Notes: generated by a model from the letters alone, not told the origin. Positions 30,255 to 39,619 are shown, counted from the first letter of the stretch. The stretch: DNA of 64,000 nucleotides from Candidatus Versatilivorator sp. (GCA_965207735.1 OZ242296.1:3104001-3168000), one strand, 5' to 3'. Numbers and translations are program-made.

Positions 30255-31172
30255 ATGAACCAACGGACCATGATTCTCAATATGCCGCCCGACTTCAGTT
30301 TCTGGCGGACCGTGCTGAGCCACGGCTGGTGCACCCTGCAGCCCTTTTTTCTGGATCGGCGCCGCCGCAGGCTGCTGCGGGTTCTGCAGCTTGATTCTCA
30401 GCCGGTTCTGGCCGAGATGCGGGAACAAAGGGACGGCAAAGTCCGAGTGGGGCTATGCTCCCCCGGGCCGCTCGCCGGCCGGGACCGAAAAGCCGTCAAG
30501 GCGGCCGTAGCCCACATCTTTCGGTCGGAAGAGTCTTTGGGAGAGTTCCATCGCGAGCTGGCCCGGCGGGACCGCCGGGGCCGGTTCACCTGGGTCCCCC
30601 GGGCCAAGGCGGGGCGCTTGCTGCGGGCTCCCTCCTTCTTCGAGGACATGGTCAAAATGATCTGCACGACCAACTGTTCCTGGAAGGCCACCCAGCGCAT
30701 GGTGACGGGGATGGTTCAGATGCTGGGGACACGACTGGATTCCGATTACTGCTGTTTCCCCAGCCCCGAGCAACTGGCGGGGTCCACTGCTGGTTTTCTG
30801 AGCCGGGAGATTGGCTGCGGATACCGCAGCGGCTATCTCATCGAGCTGGCCGAGCGGGTGGCCACCGGCCGGCTACCAAGCGGGGACTGGGCGAAATTGA
30901 CCGGGGAGGAAGCCCACAGCCGCCTGTTGGCCACCAAGGGAATCGGCCCCTATGCCGCCGGAAATCTGTTGAAGCTGCTGGGGCACTACGACCATCTGAG
31001 CCTGGACAGCTGGGTTCGCCCCAGGTTCGCGGCCGTCCATGGACTAAAGAGGGTTCCCAAGGACTCTGCTATCGAGAGGCACTACCGGCCTTTCGGCCGC
31101 TGGCAGGGACTGGTGCTGTGGCTGGATCTGACCCGCGACTGGTTCGAAGACGGGGATGCCCAGGCTCCCTGA
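30255..31172 (+). CDS. HhH-GPD DNA glycosylase (AlkA/Ogg1-like)
   Basis: FPSPEQLA, GYR, helix-hairpin-helix KGIGPYAA, downstream catalytic D (LDSW). Confidence 0.85.
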   Translation: MNQRTMILNMPPDFSFWRTVLSHGWCTLQPFFLDRRRRRLLRVLQLDSQPVLAEMREQRDGKVRVGLCSPGPLAGRDRKAVKAAVAHIFRSEESLGEFHRELARRDRRGRFTWVPRAKAGRLLRAPSFFEDMVKMICTTNCSWKATQRMVTGMVQMLGTRLDSDYCCFPSPEQLAGSTAGFLSREIGCGYRSGYLIELAERVATGRLPSGDWAKLTGEEAHSRLLATKGIGPYAAGNLLKLLGHYDHLSLDSWVRPRFAAVHGLKRVPKDSAIERHYRPFGRWQGLVLWLDLTRDWFEDGDAQAP

Positions 31173-31231
31173 TGCACGGTTGGTTCCGGGCACAGCCACG
31201 TCCAGACTCGGGAATTGCAAGCCCGGGTATC

Positions 31232-33667
31232 TTAAAAGAACCGTAGCGAGTAGCCCACCCGCACCCCGCGACCCATCTCCGGGGCCAAGTCCTTGATGAA
31301 CGAGGTGTGGTTTCGATAGAGCGCGTTCGTCAGGTTGTACCCGGTGAACGACAGGACGTGCGCAAAGTGCTGGCGCGGCCAGACGTAGGACGCCTCCATG
31401 TTGACCACCGAATAGCCGCGTGTCCCGGTCTCGCTTCGGAAGATCCTGTCCTGGCGCCCCGCGATCAGCAGCTCCGGGCTGATCGTCAACGACCCTAACG
31501 GGATGTCGAGACTCAACGTGCCGCGTAGCGGCGGAATGCGCGGCAGCGGCTCTCCCGTGCTCGTCAGGGTCGCATTGACGTAACCGAGTCCGAGCGTGGC
31601 CCAGACCTGACCACCCAGCCGCAGGCTCCCCCGCCCATCGAACCCGACGAACCGGCTGTCGCCCTGTCTGATGTCCAGAATCCGCAGGTTGTCGACAATC
31701 TCGTTGGTCAAGTCTCCGAAGATGAAGTTGTCGATGTCGTATACGTAGAAGTTCGTCTCCCCCTGGACGCGGCCGAGGCGTTGCCGAAAGCTCACCTCGA
31801 AACTGCGCATCGTCTCCGCCGCGAGATCGGTCCTGCCGATCTCGAAGTTCCCCAGGTGCGGACCGAAGTTGTAGAGTTCCTCGAGCGCCGGTACGCGATG
31901 CGAGTGGGTCAAGTTGGCCACGATCGCGGAACCGGAGCCGAGATCCGCATGCAGGCCGACGGACCCCGACGCAGCCAGGAAATGCCGGTCCCGGGGGTCG
32001 GGCGGCATCGGCACGTGCTCCTCTCCGACCTCGTCGTGCTCCTCCCCGTCGTCTTCGTGATCGTGCTCGTCGTCTTCGTGATCGTGCTCGTCGTCTTCGT
32101 CGTGCCCGTGGTCGCCACCCGCCAGTGCGGGACGCCCGGCCGCGTCGTAGTCGGTGCGCTCTAGGCGCCCGCCGACCTGCAGGCGATAGCGTCCGAAGGT
32201 CAGCTCCTCGTAGCCGAAGGCCGAGAGCGAGACTTGCTCCGTGCGTGGCGCGAGCGCCTCGGCGCCTGTCGCGGCGAAATTGCGGAAACTCAACTCCGAA
32301 CCGAACCTTCCGGTGATGTGGTCCTGCTGCCGCTGATAAACCAGGGTTCGCGTGATGTAGGTCCGGTTGCTGAAGCGGGTATCGACGTTCTCGACGCCAC
32401 CGATGGTGTCGACGTGGTCGTCCTGGACGGCGATCGCGAAGAACCCGGTGCGGATCCCCTGAATCACACTGTTGTCGATGTTGCGCATGCCAATGTCGAG
32501 CCGGGCCACGTGACGTTCGGAAGCGAGGTCGATCTCGATCTGATCCTCCTCGTGCTCGTGCTCGTCCCCGTCGACTTCATGATCGTGCTCGTCCCCGTCC
32601 CCATGGGCGTGAAAACGGTCTTCAAAGGGCAAGCCGAATCGACTGTCCTCCTTGGTGAGACTGAGGCTCGTGAAAAAGCGGTCCCCGAAATAGCCGAGCC
32701 CGGCGCGGGCGTTCGAAAGCTCGGTGGCCGAGTTGAAGACGCTCCCCTCCGGAGTGGCGTAGTCCCCCGCCTGCCGGTAGGCGCCGCTACCCCAATAGAG
32801 GAGGTGACCGCGGGAATGCTGCACGTTGGCGTAGGTGCCGACCTGCCGGCTGGCGCTGGTGGCATCGGTGCCCAGCCTCCCTCGCGTACCGTCGAGCAGC
32901 GTGTCACCGTAGCTCTCGGGCGGTGTGAGCAGATTCCGATAGGCCGCATGCGGTGTGATCACGTTGATGAGGCCGACGATGTTGGACCCGTAGAGCAGCG
33001 TGGCCGGTCCGCGTGTGATCTCGATCCGCTCGGCGCTGCTCGGGTCGATTGTGACTCCATGATGATCCGAGGTACTGGAAAGGTCGCCTGTCGGGATCCC
33101 GTCCTCAATAATGTGCACCCGGTCGCCGCCGAACCCGCGGACGATCGGCCGGCTCGACCCGGGTCCGAAGCTGCGGTTCGCAATGCCCGGCTCGTCGTCG
33201 AGCGCTTCTCCGATGCTGCCGGGTGCATCCCGGGCAATCTCGAAGGAGTCGATCGTGCTGACGGCATTGAATGCCCTGAGCGTCGCCTCGGCCCCCACAG
33301 TCACCTCGGCGGTGACGTTCACTTCCTCGCGCACCAGCAACAGGCTCAGTGCGAAATCGAGGCCGGCCGTCTCGCCGGCTGCTACAGTCACCGTCTGACG
33401 GCCGGCGGCCAGGTGCTCGCGCTGGGCCGTGACCTCGTACGAGCCCACCGGGACGTTGGTGAACTGGAAAATCCCATCGTCGGTGAACGTGAACGCCCCC
33501 GTCCCGATGATCTGGATCAACGCACCATCGACCGGATCTCCGGTCTCCACCAGGATCACGCTGCCCCGCAACGTGCCGGTCTCCTGTGCCTGGACCGGCG
33601 ATGCCGCCCCGATCAGTGCGACGGCCAAAACGCCGAGCCACAAAACCCAGCCTGAGTTTGCAGGCAT
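31232..33667 (-). CDS. TonB-dependent receptor with His/Asp/Glu-rich loops (ZnuD-like)
   Basis: Plug motifs FGPGSSRPIVRG and ERIEITRGPATLLYG, PLPRIPP, NHTSFIK, C-terminal F. Start uncertain (33667, 33724 or 33751). Confidence 0.88.
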   Translation of the reverse strand: MPANSGWVLWLGVLAVALIGAASPVQAQETGTLRGSVILVETGDPVDGALIQIIGTGAFTFTDDGIFQFTNVPVGSYEVTAQREHLAAGRQTVTVAAGETAGLDFALSLLLVREEVNVTAEVTVGAEATLRAFNAVSTIDSFEIARDAPGSIGEALDDEPGIANRSFGPGSSRPIVRGFGGDRVHIIEDGIPTGDLSSTSDHHGVTIDPSSAERIEITRGPATLLYGSNIVGLINVITPHAAYRNLLTPPESYGDTLLDGTRGRLGTDATSASRQVGTYANVQHSRGHLLYWGSGAYRQAGDYATPEGSVFNSATELSNARAGLGYFGDRFFTSLSLTKEDSRFGLPFEDRFHAHGDGDEHDHEVDGDEHEHEEDQIEIDLASERHVARLDIGMRNIDNSVIQGIRTGFFAIAVQDDHVDTIGGVENVDTRFSNRTYITRTLVYQRQQDHITGRFGSELSFRNFAATGAEALAPRTEQVSLSAFGYEELTFGRYRLQVGGRLERTDYDAAGRPALAGGDHGHDEDDEHDHEDDEHDHEDDGEEHDEVGEEHVPMPPDPRDRHFLAASGSVGLHADLGSGSAIVANLTHSHRVPALEELYNFGPHLGNFEIGRTDLAAETMRSFEVSFRQRLGRVQGETNFYVYDIDNFIFGDLTNEIVDNLRILDIRQGDSRFVGFDGRGSLRLGGQVWATLGLGYVNATLTSTGEPLPRIPPLRGTLSLDIPLGSLTISPELLIAGRQDRIFRSETGTRGYSVVNMEASYVWPRQHFAHVLSFTGYNLTNALYRNHTSFIKDLAPEMGRGVRVGYSLRFF

Positions 33668-33796
33668 AGGCAGTACCCGCCGGCAGCCCGTGCGTCTCGG
33701 CACTTTGAAGGCCACCCGGTCCATTGCAGTGAAGGGCTCAGCCTCAAACATGCGCAAATTATAGTCCAATGATAGAATTCCGCTAGGACCTGACTT

Positions 33797-33965
33797 GAGG
33801 GCAGGCGGGTTCAGGCGACGCTGGGCACGCCCCAGCTTGCCTTTTCCCTTTCAGCCAAAACAGGCCCCCTCGCACGGTGTGCCCGCGACGCTCTTCGGTC
33901 GGGAGCGCACCCTGAAGGGTAAACTGCCTGCGCCAAGATCGCACCCTCTGGTGAGAAATGCAGGC
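33797..33965 (-). mobile_element. MITE family M, diverged and truncated copy in reverse orientation
   Basis: acgctcttcggtcgggagcgcaccctgaaggg...cctgcgccaagatc...ctggtgagaaatgcagg aligns with the reverse complement of 37131-37300. Confidence 0.78.
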
Positions 33966-34001
33966 CCGAGGATCCCCCAACCCGGGATTCTCCAAGGGAA
34001 C

Positions 34002-35600
34002 ATGCTGCCATTGGCACTGGTAAGTCAATTCAAGGACCAATGCATCCTCATCGCCGGCGACACCCATATCGACCGTGAAGTCTACGGGGATGTGCACCGC
34101 CTGGCTCCCGAGGGCCCCGTTCCGGTGCTGCAGATCACCTCGAAAAGGGCCATCCCGGGCGGGGCCGCCAATGTCGCCCGAAACATTTCCAGGCTGGGGG
34201 GCCGGGCGGCTCTCTACGGCTTCTTCGAAGGGGATGAGGCCAGCCGGGAGATTCTGAGCGAACTGCGGGCGGAGGGCGTCCAGGTGCTGAGCGCCCCGCC
34301 GACCTCTCCCTTCCGCCTGCCGGAGCGGAGGCGTTTCTTCGCCTCCAACCACCAGCTCATCCAGATCCTTCAACGACCGGGCAATGACCATTACGCTGAC
34401 TCATTGACCCCCCTCGGCGAGTTCGCGGCCGGACTCCCCAGCCGGCCCCGGACTGTGGTGGTCTACGACCAGGGCTACGGCTTCGTGACACGGGCGCTTC
34501 TGGACTCGGTGGAAGCCTTGGCCCGGGACCAGGGCTTGAAGGTCGTCATCGACGCCCATCCCGAGCATGTCTCCTGGTATCCCCGGGCCGACCTGTTCAC
34601 CTTCAATGCCAGGGAAATTGTGGCAGCGGCCGCTCGACTGGGGGACCCCGACTGCAGCCTGGAGCGGGCGGGAGAACGGGTAGCCGGGAGACTGGGCTCG
34701 GATGTCCTGGTCACCCGAGGAAGCCAGGGGATGACCATCTTCCCGGTGTCGGGCACCCAGCACACCCTTCCCGCCGACCCGGTGCCTCTGGCCGACCGCG
34801 CCGGAGCCGGCGACAGCGTGACCGCGGTCCTGGCCCTGGGATTGTCCTCCGGCGCCGAACTGCAATCGGCGGCGGCCCTGGCCAACAAGGCCGCGGCCAG
34901 CGTCGTCTCCAAGCCCGGCATCGCCTACCTGAATCCGGAAGAGCTGCTGAATGTCTTCCACCCCCAGATCAGCAGCCTGCTGCGCGAGAGCGTCACGGTG
35001 AAGCAGCGCCTGATCACCGAGCAACTCCCGGAGATCGAAAGGGTGGTGAAGGCCATCATTCAGACCTATCGCGACCGCAAGACCGTCTATGCCTTCGGCA
35101 ACGGGGGGAGCGCCGCTGACGCCAACCACTTCATTACCGAGCTGGTGGGCCGTTTCCGCATCGAGCGCAAGGGCCTGCCCGCCTTCTCCTTCTCCACCAA
35201 CGAGATCCTGATGACCTCCATCGCCAACGACTACGGCTATGAAAGCACCTTCACCCGCCAGGTGGACACCTTCGTCAAGCCCGGGGACCTGGTGACGGCC
35301 TTTTCGACCAGCGGAAAATCGGAGAACGTCGTCCGGGCCCTCCAGTTGGCCAAGGAAAAAGGAGCCACCACGGTCGGCTTCACCGGATCCTCCGCCGGGA
35401 GCTTTCCGGGACTCTGCGACCTCTGCATTCGGGTGCCATCGGACAACACCCCCCGAATCCAGGAATCCCACCTGGTGGTCGTCCATATCATCTGTGAGCT
35501 GCTGGAAAAGGAGTTGGCCCTGACGGATCCAACCGAAGTCCCCCCGGTTCCGGCCCGGACTCCAGGCCAAAGCCCCCATGGAAACACACGTCAAGAGTAG
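34002..35600 (+). CDS. fusion of a PfkB-family heptose-7-phosphate kinase (HldA/RfaE domain I) and a sedoheptulose-7-phosphate isomerase (GmhA)
   Basis: N-terminal PEGPVPV, GGAANVARN, TRGSQGM, AGAGD. C-terminal FGNGGSAADANH, IANDYGYE, STSGKS, PRIQESH. Start set at ATG 34002. Confidence 0.85.
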   Translation: MLPLALVSQFKDQCILIAGDTHIDREVYGDVHRLAPEGPVPVLQITSKRAIPGGAANVARNISRLGGRAALYGFFEGDEASREILSELRAEGVQVLSAPPTSPFRLPERRRFFASNHQLIQILQRPGNDHYADSLTPLGEFAAGLPSRPRTVVVYDQGYGFVTRALLDSVEALARDQGLKVVIDAHPEHVSWYPRADLFTFNAREIVAAAARLGDPDCSLERAGERVAGRLGSDVLVTRGSQGMTIFPVSGTQHTLPADPVPLADRAGAGDSVTAVLALGLSSGAELQSAAALANKAAASVVSKPGIAYLNPEELLNVFHPQISSLLRESVTVKQRLITEQLPEIERVVKAIIQTYRDRKTVYAFGNGGSAADANHFITELVGRFRIERKGLPAFSFSTNEILMTSIANDYGYESTFTRQVDTFVKPGDLVTAFSTSGKSENVVRALQLAKEKGATTVGFTGSSAGSFPGLCDLCIRVPSDNTPRIQESHLVVVHIICELLEKELALTDPTEVPPVPARTPGQSPHGNTRQE

Positions 35601-36576
35601 CCTGGAGTGCGTTCGGCGGATCTCCGGCGCTCGGGTGCTGGTGCTCGGCGACGTCATGCTGGACACCTACCTGGCTTGCCGGGCCCTGGGCGTGGCCGAC
35701 GAAGCCCCGGTCCCCCTGCTGGAAATCCAGAGCCAATCCCGGGCGCTGGGGGGAGCCGCCAACGTGGCCCGCAACCTGGCTCGACTGGGAGCCCAAACCG
35801 CCCTGGTGGGGCTGCTGGGAGGCGATTCCGAGGGAGAAACGGTCAGACGGCTGCTACGGGAATCGAGCGTGGACGGGTTCCTGCTTCAGACCCAAAGGCC
35901 GACCACCCTCAAGACCCGGGTGCTGTCGGGAGATCACTATTACCTTCGGCTGGACGAAGAAGAGCTCTCGCCTCTGAGCGAAGCCGAACAGGTTGCCCTG
36001 GCCGCCCAGGTCGAAGCTCAATTGAACCAGGTCGACCTGCTGGTGGTCTCCGACTACGACAAGGGGTTGCTCTCGCCGGGCCTGGCCGAGCGGATCGAGC
36101 GCTTGGCCCGGGACCGCGGCCGCAGGATCGTGGCCGACCTCAAGCCCCCGAACGCCCTCGCTTGGCGCCACCTCGACCTGATCGCCCCCAACTTGAGCGA
36201 AGCCCGCTCGCTTTGCACCCTGCTCGATCCCGGAGGGGAGTCGGACCATGACGCCGAGACCATTGCCCAAACGCTCAGATCCCGGCTGGGTTGCGCCGTA
36301 GTTCTGACGATGGGCAGCCAGGGCATGGTCGTTGCGCCATCCTCAGGCTCTCCGAGCCGCCTGGAAGCCCTCTGCCGCTCCCCGGTCGAGGTCTCGGGAG
36401 CCGGCGACACCGTGCTGGCAACCCTGGCCGCCACCCTGGCCGCGGGCGCCGACCTGCACCAGGCCGCCCGGCTGGCCAACCTGGCGGCGTCCATCTCCGT
36501 CTCCAGGCCCGGCACTCACGCCGTCTCCGCGGCCGAGCTGACGGAGGCGGTCACTCAATCGGCGGAGCCCTCCTGA
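35578..36576 (+). CDS. stand-alone HldA/RfaE-type PfkB sugar kinase
   Basis: LGDVMLD, EAPVP, GGAANVARN, SDYDKG, PNLSEA, SGAGDT. Confidence 0.85.
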   Translation: METHVKSSLECVRRISGARVLVLGDVMLDTYLACRALGVADEAPVPLLEIQSQSRALGGAANVARNLARLGAQTALVGLLGGDSEGETVRRLLRESSVDGFLLQTQRPTTLKTRVLSGDHYYLRLDEEELSPLSEAEQVALAAQVEAQLNQVDLLVVSDYDKGLLSPGLAERIERLARDRGRRIVADLKPPNALAWRHLDLIAPNLSEARSLCTLLDPGGESDHDAETIAQTLRSRLGCAVVLTMGSQGMVVAPSSGSPSRLEALCRSPVEVSGAGDTVLATLAATLAAGADLHQAARLANLAASISVSRPGTHAVSAAELTEAVTQSAEPS

Positions 36577-36609
36577 ACTCGAAAGAGTCGCTGCCTGAGT
36601 AACCGATGG

Positions 36610-37053
36610 GTGTCCGATAAAGTCCAGGTCAGTGCAGGAATTACCGCAAACTATTCGAGTGACGCTTTGCGATTCAAGGAGCATGTAACGCCGTATCGAC
36701 TTGTTCGCTGTGAGGACCTTGAGTCCCTGCGTTCCATGATGGTGAATGGCGCATTCGCCTGCGCGTTCGAAGGTGACCATTCGATCCTGGTCCCGATTCC
36801 GGACGCAGGAAGCCATGCCGGGGATGACTGGGCTTGTTTTCGCATTGACGCGGATATTCCACTGGGCACGGTCGGGATTGCCGCCGAGGTCACGGGGGTG
36901 CTGGCGGCAGCAGACATAAGCCTACTGGTGATGAGCGGTTACCGTACCGATTACTTTCTTGTCCGTGACTCGCAGCGGCAACCGGCGCGGGATGCTCTGA
37001 CTGCTGCGGGTCATCATGTCGACGTTCATCGTGAAAGTGAGGCGACATGGTGA
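36610..37053 (+). CDS. ACT-domain protein (CASTOR/ACT_7-like)
   Basis: W..F.I...IPLGTVGIAAEVTGVLAAADISLLVMSGYRTDYFLV. Start uncertain. Confidence 0.7.
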   Translation: MSDKVQVSAGITANYSSDALRFKEHVTPYRLVRCEDLESLRSMMVNGAFACAFEGDHSILVPIPDAGSHAGDDWACFRIDADIPLGTVGIAAEVTGVLAAADISLLVMSGYRTDYFLVRDSQRQPARDALTAAGHHVDVHRESEATW

Positions 37054-37130
37054 TGCGGCCTGCTGTATGGATTGTGCTCGTGGTGACGATAGCGCTCACG
37101 GTGCGAGTTACTCATCCGTGGGAAGTCTAG

Positions 37131-38242
37131 CCCGCATTTCTCACCAGGGGGCAGGATCATGGCGCAGGATTTTTCCCTTCAGCGCGTGCTCGCGACCGAA
37201 GAGCGTAGCGGTCACTACGCGCGAGGGAGCATGTGCGCGCTGAAGGGAAAAAGACAAGCCAGGGCATGCCCAGCGCCGTCTGTTACCCGCAAGCCCTTAC
37301 CAGAGAGCCAATCAAAGTACTGAAGATAAACTACTTTTCGTCATGGCACCAGCGACCTGGGTAGAGTCGAGGACTGGCGCGTTGACTATAGGGTCCGGTG
37401 GCTATTCCGTCGCTTTCGCTTCGGGCCTCAGTCCGGCTCCCTTATCACGTTTCCAGTCCCCGCTCTCCGAACCGGACGTGCGGTTTTCCCGCATCTCGGC
37501 TCTCCAGTGGGATCATGCGTCTCGCACACAGGTCCCCGCTCGCATCCGTGGACGACTCCTATGGGATTGGCACCCGTCCCCCACTCCATCCACTTCCGCT
37601 CCCGGGTTGCCGCCAGGCCTGTTGATGCCCTGACGACGCCGTCCTCCTCCGACGACCCTTTCACTTTTGCATGTGATGCTTCCGGAGTCTCCGGCCCTTT
37701 TTTGGTCGGGGTTTCAGGCTTTCGCCACTCCCGGGACCCTTCCCCCTTCGGTCACCGCTCCTCACCTGAGGCCCCTTCCCTCCACCGGTATTACCCGGCT
37801 TCTCCGGTACTACAGGCCTCTCCGCCACCCTGTCGGCCTAGACTGACTCTCGCGAGCTTCCGGTTCGGTGCGTGCCTCACCACCCACAGGGCTTCCCATG
37901 TTGCTGCCTTCTTCCCCTTCCATGCGTGCCAGCGCCACTACCCCGGCGGGTCCAAAGGGGTGCCCGCGTCGCTCGCTTCCCCCTCCGTCTTCGGCCTTCC
38001 CCATTTCTCAGGTGGGTCGGCCCCCGCATTGCCCGTTTCGAGGCCTGCTCGACGTTCACTCGCGTTCCGGCCCGCATGCTCGCTGAACCGCCTTAAGCGG
38101 CCCTTTGACACCAGAGGGCTTCAGACCATATCGTTACCTCCATGATCCGCCCTGGCTGCTACCAACCGGAGCGACAGTTGTTGGACGGGTTTCGCACCCG
38201 TTGGAAGAAGGCGCCTTTCCATGGCGCACTGAGAAATGCGGG
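37131..38242. mobile_element. MITE family M (~243 bp without the intron), 18 bp perfect TIR, CTAG on both sides, interrupted by a group II intron
   Basis: ctag|cccgcatttctcaccagg ... cctgg[intron]tgagaaatgcggg|ctag. Internal hairpin arms tttttcccttcagcgcg / cgcgctgaagggaaaaa. No transposase. Confidence 0.88.
37361..38229 (-). ncRNA. group II intron, ORF-less (869 nt)
   Basis: 5' GTGCG at 38229. Domain V GAGCCGAGATGCGGGAAAACCGCACGTCCGGTTC (37502-37469). Domain VI ends ...CTCGACTCTAC with a candidate bulged A 7 nt from the end. EBS1/EBS2 match the 5' exon. Removing it restores the MITE TIR exactly. Confidence 0.93.
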
Positions 38243-38357
38243 CTAGCGACGCCTGCCCGCGTGGGCAGATCGGTGAGAACTCTCAGTGGCTCTGGGGATT
38301 GGCAGCGACCAGGGCTGCGCAAGGCCCGGTCACTCCCGCCAACCCCGACCTTGAGTC

Positions 38358-39074
38358 TCAGAAGAAGCACAAGGCGCCCGACGCGAGCAAAAAGACGGCC
38401 ACCCACCTCCGAAACACCGTCTCCCCAACGCGAAGATGGACAAAGTGACCCAGCAGGGTCGCCGCGATCAGAGCCGGCAGCAGGCTCAGAGCCAACTGCA
38501 ACCCCTGAATGTCCAGCATCCCCTGGCGAGCATACAATCCGAGCCTCCAGGCGTATTCGACGGCAAACAGCACGATCAGCGTCGCCCGAAATGCTGCCTT
38601 GTCCAGGGCCTGGGTTGAGAGGAAGGCCACATAAGCCGGACCGCTGGTTCCGAACATCCCTCCCAGCAACCCTCCCGCAAACCCCGCCGCCAGGCCCCAT
38701 CGGCTGGACATGACCGCGCGTGAGGGCGCTTTTCGCAAGAGCACCAGGCCGACCCCAATGACGGCCGCGCCCAGGATTATCTCCATATGCCGGTTGGCCC
38801 AGGAGGCCAGCAGAAAGACTCCCAAAAGGCTACCCGGGACCGCCCCGCCAAGCAGCCGCATCAGGTTGCCCCGGTCGACCTTTCGAATGGCAGCGGGCAA
38901 CAGCAGTATGCTGAGAATCACCTCCAGAACGGATTCGACAGGAACGATGAACTTCAGGGGAAAGAACAGAGCCAGCAGGGGGATGCTGAGCAACGCCCCT
39001 CCGAACCCGGAAAAGGATCGGAAGAAAAAGGCAAACAGCACGATAACTTGAGCAGCCAGCAAGGATGGATTCAT
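38358..39074 (-). CDS. sulfite exporter TauE/SafE family membrane protein
   Basis: SFSGFGGALL, GGLLGGMFGTSGP, FRATL, about 8 TM helices. Confidence 0.85.
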   Translation of the reverse strand: MNPSLLAAQVIVLFAFFFRSFSGFGGALLSIPLLALFFPLKFIVPVESVLEVILSILLLPAAIRKVDRGNLMRLLGGAVPGSLLGVFLLASWANRHMEIILGAAVIGVGLVLLRKAPSRAVMSSRWGLAAGFAGGLLGGMFGTSGPAYVAFLSTQALDKAAFRATLIVLFAVEYAWRLGLYARQGMLDIQGLQLALSLLPALIAATLLGHFVHLRVGETVFRRWVAVFLLASGALCFF

Positions 39075-39343
39075 GAATTGGTTTGGCGACAGCCCGATGG
39101 AACGACCTCGGCCCGCCTACATGAACGTCCTCGCCACCGGCGACAGCGAGACCGGGGTGGCGATCTGGGAAAATGCGCCGCTAAGGTTGAAAATCGATCG
39201 AAGTTACTCAAGAGATAGCAACAACTCTATTCTGTAGCGGCGAGCAAGAGAGCGATCTGCGCGAGAATATTGGCTCCACGAACCTCTTACTCTGAGTCCG
39301 CGACCAAGGCTGCCACGGACCGCTCTTTGTCTCGAACCACAAG

Positions 39344-39383
39344 TTGCGCATATCTCAATTATTAGGTATGATTTCCTGAATCA
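39344..39383 (+). promoter_or_regulatory. vapBC promoter with a putative autoregulatory operator
   Basis: TTGCGC, 17 bp spacer, TATGAT. The palindrome TGATT-N5-AATCA overlaps the -10. Confidence 0.6.
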
Positions 39384-39403
39384 GATATTCTTACGAGATT
39401 ACT

Positions 39404-39619
39404 ATGAAAATCTCCGAACGAGGACAGGTGACCATTCCCAAGCTACTCAGAGACCGTTTCGGCATGAATCCCAATGTCGAGATTGAGATCACTCCAACTG
39501 AGAATGGCCTGCTCATCCAAAAGCGCACCGTCACGAAACACCCCGTGGATCGAATCTATGGAATCGTCTCCTGGCGCGGTAGCACCAACGACTACGTAGA
39601 GGAGATACGAGGCCGGTGA
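39404..39619 (+). CDS. vapB: AbrB/MazE/SpoVT-type antitoxin
   Basis: MKISERGQVTIPKLLRDRFGM swapped-hairpin signature. Confidence 0.88.
   Translation: MKISERGQVTIPKLLRDRFGMNPNVEIEITPTENGLLIQKRTVTKHPVDRIYGIVSWRGSTNDYVEEIRGR

Noticed and set aside
33795-34001. 69 aa N-terminal extension of the kinase-GmhA ORF
   Set aside because: It runs through a MITE copy; homology starts near ATG 34002.
37343-38713. Short ORFs overlapping the intron, as a candidate RT/maturase
   Set aside because: No RT motifs (no YADD). Most are antisense or cross structural RNA domains.
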